In this document: positions 26,198 through 36,430 of the stretch, piece after piece | Numbering within the stretch: the stretch's first letter is position 1 | Layout of the letters: every line of letters begins with the position of its first letter | Assembly: GCA_043814605.1 (NCBI GenBank) | Contig: JBDRJV010000007.1 | Location: 67,354 to 131,353, forward strand | Length of the DNA: 64,000 nucleotides | Direction: 5' to 3' | Source of the DNA: Candidatus Omnitrophota bacterium | GTDB lineage: Bacteria; Omnitrophota; Gorgyraeia; B26-G9 | The notes under the pieces: generated by a model | Seen by the model: the letters and a program-made list of their open reading frames with translations, nothing else | Databases searched by the model: none | Told to the model about the DNA's origin: nothing | Translations under genes and position numbers: made by a program

Positions 26198-27883
26198 ATG
26201 TTTAGTTTATATAAAGAATCAATCGGGCTGGAAATCGGCGACGGATTAGTTAAAGCCATGCTGATTAAATCTAATGCCCGAGAAAATAAATTAATTGGCT
26301 TTTCCCTGCAGGAGGTTAATTTCCGGGACGGGCGCCAGGGAATAATTAATGCCGTGCAGCATGTGCTTAATGAATTAGGCGTAAATAAAAAAAAGCATAA
26401 GGTGAATATTTCTGTTTCCGGAGAATCCGTAATGGTGCGGGATATTCATTGGCCGCAAATGACCGATGAAGAAATACGTAAAGCTTTAAAATTTGAAGTG
26501 GAAAGGCAGGTGCATTATAAAGCCGAAGAAATTGTTTTTGATTATTATTCAATATTAGATAGAAGCATTGCAGAGACAAAAACCCGGGTGGTTCTGGTTG
26601 CTGCTAAGAAAAACTTGATTGAAAATTACCAGAGCTTGATCGAAGCCAGCGGCTACCAATGCGGGTTTATCGAAGTGGATACTTTTAGCCTTTTAAACTG
26701 TTTTTATTTAAACGGCCCTAAAATTGCACCGGAAAAAACAATTGCGGTAATCAGCGTAGGCATGGAAGTTACCAATATTGATATTGTCAAGGGAAGAATT
26801 GTGGGCTTAACAAAGGATGTTTTTGTGGCTTGGAGTAACTTACTGGATGCCTTACCTAAAAATACAGAGCTGGATTTTTCCCAGATTCAGGGATTAAGAG
26901 GATTAGCCGGCAGTGATGATGTTTATGAGCTGGCGTTATTTATTACAAACGCTTTGAGCAGCCAAATCCGGCGGACCATTGAATTTTATGAAAGCCAGGG
27001 CCGGGATACAGTGGATGAAATTTACCTTTCCGGCCGCATGGCCATGTGTAAAAATTTAGATAAATATTTACAGGATATTTTGGGTTTAAAAGTTATCGAG
27101 TGGAATCCTTTAGCAAATTTGCAGATCAATACAAAAACTGTGCAGAAACAAAAAGTATTGGAAAATGCGAAAATGCTGGCAATCAGTACAGGGCTGGGCT
27201 GCCACCGGTCATTTGATATTGATTTATCCACGAAAAAAATAGAGAAAAAGTCAAAGGCTGGCAGTAAAATTTTCTCAGAAAATAAAGCGATAATCGCCGC
27301 AGTTATAATTACAATTTTCTTTTTGCTAGGGCTTTGGGTAGTTTTGATTAGCCAAATTAAGGTTAAAGAGGCAAATAAAGAAAAACTTTCCAATCAAAAA
27401 AAAGAACTAGAAACGGTATTAAAAAGTATTGAAGATTTAAAAAAAGGCCGGGAACTTCTCGGACGGCATATGCTTGTTGCCCGGACCTTATTTTCCCGCA
27501 AATTACTTTGGGCTGAAAAACTTTATCAAATCAGTAAAAATTTACCGGCGGATATTTGGCTGACAGATATCTATATTTCAAAAACATCAAATAAAAAAAA
27601 TATTTCCAAATCTTCGTTTGATGAGATCAATTTTCTTTTTAAAAATGAAGAGCCGCCGAAAATTATTTTAAATCAGGATTCAGAGTCATTGTTTATTAAA
27701 GGCATTGCCTATTCAGATTTTAGCGATAAGATGCTCTTAAGCATTAATGTTTTGATTAGTAACCTTAAAGCAGAAAAAGGGTTTGTCGCCTGTTTTGATA
27801 AAATAGAATTAAACCGTCTTTACCGGCAAAATTTAGGGGAAACGCCGATTATAAAGTTTGAAATTGAGTGCCAGCTTAAATAG
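26198..27883 (+). CDS. fused PilM-PilN type IV pilus assembly protein
   Basis: N-terminal ~350 aa actin-like PilM; internal TM helix (AIIAAVIITIFFLLGLWVVLI) followed by a PilN-like periplasmic domain; precedes pilO/pilP/pilQ. Confidence 0.7.
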   Translation: MFSLYKESIGLEIGDGLVKAMLIKSNARENKLIGFSLQEVNFRDGRQGIINAVQHVLNELGVNKKKHKVNISVSGESVMVRDIHWPQMTDEEIRKALKFEVERQVHYKAEEIVFDYYSILDRSIAETKTRVVLVAAKKNLIENYQSLIEASGYQCGFIEVDTFSLLNCFYLNGPKIAPEKTIAVISVGMEVTNIDIVKGRIVGLTKDVFVAWSNLLDALPKNTELDFSQIQGLRGLAGSDDVYELALFITNALSSQIRRTIEFYESQGRDTVDEIYLSGRMAMCKNLDKYLQDILGLKVIEWNPLANLQINTKTVQKQKVLENAKMLAISTGLGCHRSFDIDLSTKKIEKKSKAGSKIFSENKAIIAAVIITIFFLLGLWVVLISQIKVKEANKEKLSNQKKELETVLKSIEDLKKGRELLGRHMLVARTLFSRKLLWAEKLYQISKNLPADIWLTDIYISKTSNKKNISKSSFDEINFLFKNEEPPKIILNQDSESLFIKGIAYSDFSDKMLLSINVLISNLKAEKGFVACFDKIELNRLYRQNLGETPIIKFEIECQLK

Positions 27884-27892
27884 GATAAATTT

Positions 27893-28471
27893 ATGAACAG
27901 AGAAATTAAACGAAAAGACCAAGTCCTGATTGCCGGAATTGTGATTATCGGTATTATAATTGGGGCATCTTTTTTGTTTATCTTCCAGCCTTTATTAAAA
28001 CAGATTTTAAATTATAATAATGAGGAAAAAGCAATTAAGGCGGAATTAGAAAAGGTTTTAAATGTAGCCAAAGATAAAGAAGAATTACAAGCGGAAGTAA
28101 AGGGAATTGAGGATAAAATCGCCGCTTACGAACAAAAACTTTCCCAGCAAACCGATATTCCGCAAATGCTGGATGATTTAATCCGGATTGGCAGAAAGAG
28201 CAATGTTGAGTTTGTCTCGATTGAGCCGCAAAAATTAGAGGTAATTACTTTTAAAACAGATGAGCTAAAAAAATATCTTAAAATCCCCATTGATATTACG
28301 TTAAGGGCCGGATATCATGAGGTGGCGCAGTTTGCCAATTATATTGAGAATAGTGAGCAATTCATGAAGATAGATGATGTTAAAATTAGTGGTAACCGGG
28401 AAGAACCATTAAGACATTCTATTGATTTAACGATAAGTGCTTTTGCGAAAGAAACAGAGAACAATGAATAA
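27893..28471 (+). CDS. pilO: type IV pilus assembly protein PilO
   Basis: 192 aa; N-terminal TM; coiled-coil then a ferredoxin-like periplasmic domain; position between pilMN and pilP. Confidence 0.65.
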   Translation: MNREIKRKDQVLIAGIVIIGIIIGASFLFIFQPLLKQILNYNNEEKAIKAELEKVLNVAKDKEELQAEVKGIEDKIAAYEQKLSQQTDIPQMLDDLIRIGRKSNVEFVSIEPQKLEVITFKTDELKKYLKIPIDITLRAGYHEVAQFANYIENSEQFMKIDDVKISGNREEPLRHSIDLTISAFAKETENNE

Positions 28472-28907
28472 TTTAAGAATTTTAAAATTTATTTTTTTGA
28501 TTATTTTTTTAATGACTTTGAGCCTATCCAAGCCGCTAAAAATTTTGGGCCAGGATACAGGGCAAAATAGTAAATTTATTTATCAGCCTGAAGGCCGGCC
28601 GGATCCGTTTATTCCGTTGCTGGATAGCACCGGGTTTCTCAAGGAGAAGGGGTTAAGCCAGCAGCAGGAATTTAACAATAGACTGACAAAAATCAAAATT
28701 AACGGTGTGTTTTGGGATAAGGAAATGCCAGTAGTGATGATTAATGGAAAATTTTATAAACAAAACGATGAAATTTTTGAGGTAAAAATCAAAGAGATAA
28801 ATTATGACAGTGTGGTTTTAGAATATTATGAATTGAAACATGAAATTTCTTTGATTGAAAAAAAGAAATTTGATGTGCAAGGAGGAATCCATGATGGTAT
28901 TTTTTAA
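28464..28907 (+). CDS. pilP: type IV pilus assembly protein PilP-like (secreted or lipoprotein)
   Basis: Signal peptide MNNLRILKFIFLIIFLMTLSLS from the ATG at 28464 (the tracked ORF starts at 28437 and overlaps pilO); small beta-rich protein just before the secretin. Confidence 0.55.
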   Translation: MNNLRILKFIFLIIFLMTLSLSKPLKILGQDTGQNSKFIYQPEGRPDPFIPLLDSTGFLKEKGLSQQQEFNNRLTKIKINGVFWDKEMPVVMINGKFYKQNDEIFEVKIKEINYDSVVLEYYELKHEISLIEKKKFDVQGGIHDGIF

Positions 28908-30462
28908 ATTTACTAAAAAAAGGCGGTTTAGTTTTATTGTAGGCTTGTTACTATTATTAATATTCAGTTCCCATATCGGGATTACCCAGGAAATATCCAA
29001 TCCGCCTGCTAATTCGGATGAGGGAAAGCTATCTATCCGCGTAAAAGACACGAATATTAAGGAAATTTTAGATATATTGGCAATTAAAGGGAAAGTGAAT
29101 ATTATTGCCGGGGATGATGTTAATAATCTGGTTTCAGTGCAGCTTAAAGATGTTTATTGGGAGCAGGCACTGGATATAATTTTAAAAACTTACAATTATA
29201 CTTACAAAAGAGAAGATAATCTGATCCGGGTGATTAGTTTAAACCAGGCAATGGAGGAAGAAAATAAAGTGCCTTTAGTGACCAAAATTATTTCTTTAAA
29301 TTTTGCTTCGGTAAATAATTTAAAAACTTCTTTAAGTAAAATGCTGAGTAAAAGAGGCAATATTGAAATTGATCTGAGAACGAATTCCTTGATCATTACA
29401 GATATTTCTGAAAATGTAGATAAAATTATAAATGCGGCGGAGCAGCTTGATTCCCGTACGCCGCAGGTATTGATTGAGGCAATGATGGTTGATGTAAAAA
29501 TTCAGGAAGATGACCAATGGGGTACGCAAATGTTTGTCGCGGGTCTAAAATCAAAAATGGATGCAGCCCAACTGAATACAGCAATGCCGGCAGATGAAAT
29601 AAATACTTTTTCCTTCCGGACAATTACGGATAGTTTTGATGTGGTCGGACTTTTGGATATGTGGCTTAAACAAAATAGAGCGACAATTTTAGCTAATCCA
29701 AAAGTTCTTACCTTAGATAACCAGGAAGCAAAAATTGAAATAATCGAGGAAATTCCTTACTTAGAAACAGTGGACTCAGGTTCCGGGACAACAACGAACG
29801 TAAAGTTTAAGGATGCCGGGATCAAACTATCTGTAACCCCGCATATTACACAAGGAAATTTTATTTCGATGAATGTAAAACCCGAGCAGAGTTTTAAGTC
29901 CAGTGAACTGGGCGGGCAGCCGATTATTGATTCCCGCCGCGCGGAAACAAACCTTCTGGTTAAAGATGGGCAGACTATTGTTATCGGAGGTTTAAGGCAG
30001 TCAAAGGATACAACAATTTATGAGAAAGTGCCATTTTTGGGGGATATCCCGGTAATCAGTATTTTTTTTAAAAAAAGAAGTATCCAAAAGGTTGAGACAG
30101 AGCTGATGTTGTTTGTTACCCCGCGTATTATTATCGAACCCCTGCTTAAAGATAGAGAGTTAGAATTACACGAAAAATTATCTAAGACTAAACGCGTGGT
30201 TATGGATGAACGCACTGAGCCAGAAAAAATAAAAGAATTTACCCGGTCAGTTACGGATAGATTTAAGGCTAAAAAGATTGAGGAAAAGGAAGTGAATAAA
30301 AAGCTCAAAAAAAGAAATAGAAAAACAAGAGAAAGATTCGTTAATTCTAAAATAGATGATAAATATAAATCCATAACCCGGGAATCAGCTCCACCCCAAG
30401 CCGAACGCCTGGATAGTGAAGAAGCTACGTTGAGAGAGTCTTTGGATATGATTAAAAAATAA
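28891..30462 (+). CDS. pilQ: type IV pilus secretin PilQ
   Basis: Secretin domain with the VPFLGDIPVISIFFKKRS signature and the LANPKVLTLDNQEAKIEI motif; RBS GGAGG 5 nt upstream of the ATG at 28891; N-terminal signal peptide. Confidence 0.88.
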   Translation: MMVFFKFTKKRRFSFIVGLLLLLIFSSHIGITQEISNPPANSDEGKLSIRVKDTNIKEILDILAIKGKVNIIAGDDVNNLVSVQLKDVYWEQALDIILKTYNYTYKREDNLIRVISLNQAMEEENKVPLVTKIISLNFASVNNLKTSLSKMLSKRGNIEIDLRTNSLIITDISENVDKIINAAEQLDSRTPQVLIEAMMVDVKIQEDDQWGTQMFVAGLKSKMDAAQLNTAMPADEINTFSFRTITDSFDVVGLLDMWLKQNRATILANPKVLTLDNQEAKIEIIEEIPYLETVDSGSGTTTNVKFKDAGIKLSVTPHITQGNFISMNVKPEQSFKSSELGGQPIIDSRRAETNLLVKDGQTIVIGGLRQSKDTTIYEKVPFLGDIPVISIFFKKRSIQKVETELMLFVTPRIIIEPLLKDRELELHEKLSKTKRVVMDERTEPEKIKEFTRSVTDRFKAKKIEEKEVNKKLKKRNRKTRERFVNSKIDDKYKSITRESAPPQAERLDSEEATLRESLDMIKK

Positions 30463-30488
30463 ATTCCCTCCGCAATTTTTCTTTAAGG

Positions 30489-30516
30489 TTGACAATTTAC
30501 CAATTATTTGTATAAT
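30489..30516 (+). promoter_or_regulatory. sigma70 consensus-like promoter (TTGACA-16 nt-TATAAT) of unclear target
   Basis: TTGACA 30489-94 and TATAAT 30511-16; lies upstream of the hairpin at 30544-70. Confidence 0.3.
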
Positions 30517-30543
30517 ATTTAAATACATAGGCCAGGCGTATGA

Positions 30544-30570
30544 AGTGGGAAATAATTCCCACTTTTTTTG
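30544..30570 (+). terminator. rho-independent terminator (end of the pilQ transcript, or of a very short transcript from the 30489 promoter)
   Basis: AGTGGGAA-ataa-TTCCCACT followed by T7. Confidence 0.65.
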
Positions 30571-30751
30571 TGGTCGGATTATTTATTATTACAATTGATA
30601 TTAATAAATATTTTTTTAGTGCAAATATCCTAGTCGCAAATAATGTAAAACACAGAGTAAAGCTGGTTATTTGCGATAACTAACTGTAATCAAATAAATT
30701 ACATAATTAACATTAATGATATTTTTAAAAAATTAGAAATTAGGTGCAAAT

Positions 30752-31900
30752 ATGAGCAATGAACTGTTATTAGTATTAGACTATATTGAAAGAGAAAAAG
30801 GTATTAACCGGCAGATAATTGTTTCCGCAATTGAGTCTGCGTTAATGTCTGCGGCGCGTAAACGCTTTGGAGAAGCCGCAGATTTGACTGTGAGCATTGA
30901 TTCTAAAACCGGTCAGATTATTGTGTTACTTGAAGGTAAGGAAACAAAGTCCGCAGGCTTTGGCCGGATTGCGGCTCAGACTGCACGTCAGATAATTACT
31001 CAAAAAATCAGAGAAGCAGAAAGAGAAGTAGTGTTTGGCGATTATCAGAGTAAAATCGGCGATATTACTAATGGAATTGTGCACCGCTTTGAGCGGGGAA
31101 ATATTATTGTGGATTTAGGTAAGACTGAAGGAGTGCTTTCCTTTAAAGAGATTTTACCGAAAGAGGAGTTTAAACAGGGAGCACGTGTCCGGGCTTTAAT
31201 TTTGGATGTAAAAAAGACTAACAAAGGGCCGCAGATTATTCTTTCACGCACGAATGCGGGTTTTGTTAAAAGACTTTTTGAATTGGAAGTGCCGGAAATT
31301 TATGAGGGAATTGTGGAAATAAAAGCAGTTTCTCGTTTAGCCGGAGAAAGAACAAAAGTCGCTGTTTATTCCAAAGATGATAAAATTGATTGTGTGGGTG
31401 CGTGCGTAGGCGTGCGCGGCTCAAGAATTAAAAATATTGTGCGTGAATTACACGGAGAAAAAGTAGATATTGTCCGGTGGAATGCAAATATTAATGAGTA
31501 TGTAAAGGCCGCGATTTCTCCGGCAAAAGTAGATAAAATTACCCTAAGTGAAACAGAAAGTAAAATGGATATTGTGGTTGAAGATGACCAGCTTTCTCTG
31601 GCGATCGGTAAAAAGGGCCAGAATGTGCGTTTGGCTTCTAAACTCATCGGATGGTCGATAAATATCAGCAGCCAATCTCAAGTACTTGAGGAGAACAAAG
31701 CAAAAGTAGATATAGGTAAAAAATCAATTTTAGCGCAAGTTCCCGGAATTGGAAAAAAGACTTTAGAGGCTTTGATTGAGGCTGGGTTTGATCAGCCTGA
31801 GGTTCTGGCAAAGGCGAGCGCAGCGGATCTAACGAAAGTCAAGGGTGTGGGAAAGAAAAGAGCGGAACAGATAGTTGAAGAAGTAAAGAAACTTGTTTGA
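30752..31900 (+). CDS. nusA: transcription termination/antitermination factor NusA
   Basis: 382 aa; NusA N-terminal domain, S1 and tandem KH regions (GxxG in GKKGQNVR); immediately upstream of infB. Confidence 0.9.
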   Translation: MSNELLLVLDYIEREKGINRQIIVSAIESALMSAARKRFGEAADLTVSIDSKTGQIIVLLEGKETKSAGFGRIAAQTARQIITQKIREAEREVVFGDYQSKIGDITNGIVHRFERGNIIVDLGKTEGVLSFKEILPKEEFKQGARVRALILDVKKTNKGPQIILSRTNAGFVKRLFELEVPEIYEGIVEIKAVSRLAGERTKVAVYSKDDKIDCVGACVGVRGSRIKNIVRELHGEKVDIVRWNANINEYVKAAISPAKVDKITLSETESKMDIVVEDDQLSLAIGKKGQNVRLASKLIGWSINISSQSQVLEENKAKVDIGKKSILAQVPGIGKKTLEALIEAGFDQPEVLAKASAADLTKVKGVGKKRAEQIVEEVKKLV

Positions 31901-31919
31901 GTTGTAAATTTAAAAAAGG

Positions 31920-33881
31920 ATGAACATGAGTGTAAGGGTTTACGAATTAGCCAAGGAACTCGGATTTGCGAGTAAAGAGTTTGTGAAAGTGCTTAAAAGT
32001 ATGCATATTTCTGTAAAGGGGCATATGAGTGCATTAGATGCGGATACAGCAGAAATTATTCGTCATGAATTTCAGGAAAAAGCGGCAAAAGCTAAAACAA
32101 CTAAACCTGCAGAAAAAAAACCCCGGTTAAAACCATTGGTTTTAAAAATACCGCTTACCGTTAAAGAATTATCGATTAAACTGCAAACAAGTACAACGGA
32201 TATTATTAAAGCATTAATGAAAATGAATGTAACCGCAGGGATTAATCAGAGTTTAGAAAAAGACATAGTTGAAAAGATTGCTGAAAAATACGGATTTATG
32301 ATCGAAGCCGAAAAGACGGAAGAAGAAAAACTTTTGATTAAACATCTAAAATCAGATAAAAAAGGTACTCATTTACGTCAGCCTGTAGTTACCTTTATGG
32401 GACATGTTGACCATGGAAAAACTTCTTTATTAGATGTGATCCGTAAATCAAATGTTACGGATCAGGAGTCTGGCGGTATTACCCAGCATATCGGGGCTTA
32501 TGAAGTTAATCTCCCGAAAGGAAAAATTACATTTTTAGATACTCCGGGCCACGAGGCTTTTACAGCGATGCGCGCACGCGGGGCAAACATTACGGATATT
32601 GTGGTAATTGTTATTGCTGCGGATGATGGGATTATGCCGCAAACCGTGGAAGCGATAAACCATGCTAAGGCCGCGGGAGTGCCCATAATTGTGGCAATTA
32701 ATAAAATTGATCTGCCGGGTGCAAATATTGATCAGGTAAAAAGACAATTGACAGAGCATGGCTTAACCAGTGAAGATTGGGGCGGAAAAACAATCACTGT
32801 ACCTGTTTCGGCAAAAAACAAGACAGGGATTGATCACCTTTTAGATATGTTATTACTGGAGGCGGAAATGTTGGAATTAAAAGCCTCACCAGAGAGTTTA
32901 GCCCGGGGAACAATAATTGAAAGTAAGCTTTCTAAAGGCACTGGGCCAACCGCAACAATTTTAGTTCAAAACGGTACTTTAAAAACCGGCGATATTTTTG
33001 TTTGCGGGTTAAGTTATGGAAAAGTACGTTTCATGATTAATGACCAGGGCCAAAGGATTGATTCTGCCGGGCCTTGCCTGCCGGTTGAAATATCCGGGCT
33101 TTCCCAAGTAGCGCAGGTGGGTGATGTTTTTTATGTGGTTGAGGATGAGAAAAAAGCTAAAGAACTTTCCGAAAAGAAAAACGTTGAGCTGCGTAATCAA
33201 AGATTAATGCCGGCACAGCGGGTAAGTTTAGAAGAGCTTTTTCAAAAGGCCCAAGAAGGTGAGATTAAAGAATTAAGCATTGTTTTAAAAGCAGATGTGC
33301 AAGGGTCATTGGAAGCATTAACCGGTTCTTTAAAAACCCTCGCGACAAAAGATATCAGTTTAAAGATAATTCATGCTCAAGTGGGGACAATTAATGAATC
33401 CGATGTGATGTTAGCGCTTGCCAGTAATGCGATTATTATTGGGTTTCACGTGAATATTGAAGCTAAGGCCAAAGATATTGCGGAACTTAAAGGTATTCAA
33501 GTTAGGCTTTACCGGATTATTTATGAAGTAATTAATGATGTGCGTTTAAGCATGGAAGGGTTATTAGAACCGACCATAAAAGAGACGTTTATTGGACGGG
33601 CAAAGGTTTTACAGATTTTTAAAATATCTAATTTTGGCAAAATTGCCGGTTGTACTGTGGTTAAGGGAAAATTTATGCGTAATGCAGATTTATTCCGGCT
33701 CTATCGTAAGGAACAATGTTTATTTGAAGGTAAATTAGATTCATTGAAAAGATATAAGGATGATGTTAAAGAAGTTGTCGAAGGTATGGAATGCGGTATT
33801 TCATTAGAAAAATTTTTTAATATTGAACCAGAAGATATTATTGAATGCTATCATATTGAAAAAATAGCACGTAAACTCTAA
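31920..33881 (+). CDS. infB: translation initiation factor IF-2 (short form)
   Basis: 653 aa; G-domain motifs [24 protein letters not shown]; conserved nusA-infB order. Confidence 0.9.
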   Translation: MNMSVRVYELAKELGFASKEFVKVLKSMHISVKGHMSALDADTAEIIRHEFQEKAAKAKTTKPAEKKPRLKPLVLKIPLTVKELSIKLQTSTTDIIKALMKMNVTAGINQSLEKDIVEKIAEKYGFMIEAEKTEEEKLLIKHLKSDKKGTHLRQPVVTFMGHVDHGKTSLLDVIRKSNVTDQESGGITQHIGAYEVNLPKGKITFLDTPGHEAFTAMRARGANITDIVVIVIAADDGIMPQTVEAINHAKAAGVPIIVAINKIDLPGANIDQVKRQLTEHGLTSEDWGGKTITVPVSAKNKTGIDHLLDMLLLEAEMLELKASPESLARGTIIESKLSKGTGPTATILVQNGTLKTGDIFVCGLSYGKVRFMINDQGQRIDSAGPCLPVEISGLSQVAQVGDVFYVVEDEKKAKELSEKKNVELRNQRLMPAQRVSLEELFQKAQEGEIKELSIVLKADVQGSLEALTGSLKTLATKDISLKIIHAQVGTINESDVMLALASNAIIIGFHVNIEAKAKDIAELKGIQVRLYRIIYEVINDVRLSMEGLLEPTIKETFIGRAKVLQIFKISNFGKIAGCTVVKGKFMRNADLFRLYRKEQCLFEGKLDSLKRYKDDVKEVVEGMECGISLEKFFNIEPEDIIECYHIEKIARKL

Positions 33882-33897
33882 TTTCAATGCAGGAAAA

Positions 33898-34881
33898 ATG
33901 AAGAAAAGAATTCTTAGCGGCATGCGCCCTACAGGAAAACTGCACTTAGGGCATCTGGTCGGGGCTTTAAAAAACTGGAAACAATTGCAGGAAAAATATG
34001 ATTGCTTGTTTATGGTGGCGGATTGGCACGCATTGATGAGCGAATATAAGGACCCGGCAAAGCTTAAAGAATATTCAATCGATAATGTAATTGATTGGAT
34101 AAGCTGCGGTGTTAATCCGGAAGAATCAACTCTTTTTATCCAATCTCAGGTTCCTGAGCATTTAGAATTATTTATGGTTTTATCCTGCATCACTCCCTTA
34201 GGCTGGCTGGAGCGCTGTCCGACATACAAAGAGCAATTGCGTGAATTGAAAAACCGGGAAATAAATAATTATGCATTTTTAGGCTATCCGGTTTTACAGG
34301 CAGCGGATATTTTACTCTACAAGGCAGAGGTTGTGCCGGTAGGAGAAGATCAGCTGCCGCATTTAGAATTAACCCGGGAAATTTCTAAGCGATTTAAACA
34401 TATTTTTAAAAAGCAAATTTTTCCTTTTCCGCAGGCAGAATTAACAAAAATTTCCCGGTTGCCGGGATTAGACGGACGAAAAATGTCAAAAAGCTATGAT
34501 AATTTTATTAATTTAAGTGATTCTGCCGACATTGTGGAGAAAAAAGTTATGAGTATGTTTACGGATCCAAAACGCATTAAAAGAACTGATCCGGGTAATC
34601 CCAAAATATGTAATGTGTTTAATTATTACCAGATTTTTAGTGATTTGCAGGTTTGCGGTATAATAGAAAATCAATGCCGAAATGCAGAGATTGGATGTAC
34701 TGATTGTAAGCAGCAGTTTGCGCAAAGACTTAACGATTATTTAAAACCGATTCAGGAAAAAAGAAAAAAACTCAGCGATGATCAGAAAAAGATCAATGAA
34801 ATTTTAGAAACAGGCTGTAAAAAGGCACGAGCAGTTGCAAAAACAACAATGCGGCAAGTCAAAGAAATGATTGGGTTATGA
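33898..34881 (+). CDS. trpS: tryptophan--tRNA ligase
   Basis: 327 aa class I aaRS; GMRPTGKLHLGHL (HIGH region) and KMSKS motif. Confidence 0.88.
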   Translation: MKKRILSGMRPTGKLHLGHLVGALKNWKQLQEKYDCLFMVADWHALMSEYKDPAKLKEYSIDNVIDWISCGVNPEESTLFIQSQVPEHLELFMVLSCITPLGWLERCPTYKEQLRELKNREINNYAFLGYPVLQAADILLYKAEVVPVGEDQLPHLELTREISKRFKHIFKKQIFPFPQAELTKISRLPGLDGRKMSKSYDNFINLSDSADIVEKKVMSMFTDPKRIKRTDPGNPKICNVFNYYQIFSDLQVCGIIENQCRNAEIGCTDCKQQFAQRLNDYLKPIQEKRKKLSDDQKKINEILETGCKKARAVAKTTMRQVKEMIGL

Positions 34882-35621
34882 GTTATAAAATAAAACTGGA
34901 AATTTTTGAAGGGCCTTTAGATTTATTGCTCTATTTGATTAAAAGAAATCATTTAAACATTCATGATATCCCGATCACCGAGGTTACCGAGCAATATTTA
35001 CAGTATTTAGAATTAATGCGTTTGCTGGATTTAAATATTGCCGGGGAATTTATTGTCATGGCGGCAACGTTGATGCACATAAAATCAAAAATGTTATTGC
35101 CGCCGGATGAGGTTGAAGAAGAAGTGGAAGAGGCGGATCCCCGAGCGGAATTGGTTAAAAAATTGTTAGAGTATAAAAAATTTAAAGAAGCAGCGGGTTT
35201 TCTGGAGAATCGGGAATCAATTCAAAGAAAAATTTTTAAAAGAGTTAATCCCGCGGCAAATATTGAAGGCGAAGCAGAGGTGTTTTTTGAAACCAGCCTT
35301 TTTGATTTAATTAATGCATTTTCGAAAGCGTTAAAAGATGTGCCGCGTGATATTTTCCGTGAAGTTATTGAAGATGAATTTACGGTAGAGGGGAAAATTC
35401 ACGATTTATTGCATGATTTAGTCAAATATAAAAAACTTTCTTTGACTAAGTTATTTAATATTGCTAAAAATAAACATGAAATTATTGTGATATTTCTTGC
35501 GGTTTTGGAATTAATCAGGCAAAAAGAGGTTATCGGAGCCCAGCAAGGTAACTTTGGGGAAATATATATTTTTCAAAACGAAGAAAAAGTTTTACCCCCG
35601 ATGCATGTGAATGTGATTTAG
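34878..35621 (+). CDS. scpA: segregation and condensation protein A (kleisin)
   Basis: 247 aa; ScpA family pattern (ELFEGPLDLLLYLI...); followed by scpB. Confidence 0.8.
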   Translation: MSYKIKLEIFEGPLDLLLYLIKRNHLNIHDIPITEVTEQYLQYLELMRLLDLNIAGEFIVMAATLMHIKSKMLLPPDEVEEEVEEADPRAELVKKLLEYKKFKEAAGFLENRESIQRKIFKRVNPAANIEGEAEVFFETSLFDLINAFSKALKDVPRDIFREVIEDEFTVEGKIHDLLHDLVKYKKLSLTKLFNIAKNKHEIIVIFLAVLELIRQKEVIGAQQGNFGEIYIFQNEEKVLPPMHVNVI

Positions 35622-35632
35622 GAGCAGGGATT

Positions 35633-36430
35633 ATGCCGGATAAAAATTTAAAAAAAATAATTGAGGCGTTATTATTTGTCAGTGAAAAACCCCTGACGCT
35701 AAAACAAATAACCGAGGTCTGTACGGGTGAGGATTTAACCGAAATTAAAAATGCGGTAAAAGAATTAAAAGCAGAATACAGTGATATTGAGAGAGGAATC
35801 CAGATTACTGATGTAGCCGGCGGCTATCAGTTTTCTACTAACCCTGATTGCGGGGATTATTTAAAAAAACTTTACAAGACCCGGACGGTTTGGCGCCTTT
35901 CGGCTCCGGCCTTGGAAACCTTGGCAATTATTGCTTATAAACAGCCGATAACACGTGCGGAAATTGAATTTATTAGAGGGGTAAATGTTGACGGGGTGGT
36001 ACGGACTTTAGAAGAACGGGACTTGATTAAAATAAAGGGAAGAAAAGAAGTTCCGGGAAGGCCTATTTTATATGGGACAACCGATGAGTTTTTGCATTAT
36101 TTTGGTTTAAAGAGTTTACAGAATTTACCTTCCATTGAAGAATATGAGGCAATCGCTTTAGAGAAAGCCAATCAGGCGGAAGCAGAACTAAACCCGGAAA
36201 ATAGAGAAGTTCCGGAGCAGAGAAATGATCCGGAGGAAAAAATACCAGAGGAATCGACTGATCAAGAATTATCCGCAATGGCGGTTGATTCAGAAGAAAT
36301 TAGTGCTGCAGAAGCAGAATTTAACCCGGAGGAAGAAAATACTTCGGATAATGTTGAAAATGTAGTTTTAAGAGAGGGAGAGCTGAATGATGAAGAAGAT
36401 GACCATTCAGAAATTACGAAAAGCAATTGA
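35633..36430 (+). CDS. scpB: segregation and condensation protein B with an acidic C-terminal tail
   Basis: ScpB winged-helix core (ALLFVSEKPL ... AYKQPITRAEIEFIRGV) plus a ~90-aa E/D-rich extension. Confidence 0.8.
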   Translation: MPDKNLKKIIEALLFVSEKPLTLKQITEVCTGEDLTEIKNAVKELKAEYSDIERGIQITDVAGGYQFSTNPDCGDYLKKLYKTRTVWRLSAPALETLAIIAYKQPITRAEIEFIRGVNVDGVVRTLEERDLIKIKGRKEVPGRPILYGTTDEFLHYFGLKSLQNLPSIEEYEAIALEKANQAEAELNPENREVPEQRNDPEEKIPEESTDQELSAMAVDSEEISAAEAEFNPEEENTSDNVENVVLREGELNDEEDDHSEITKSN

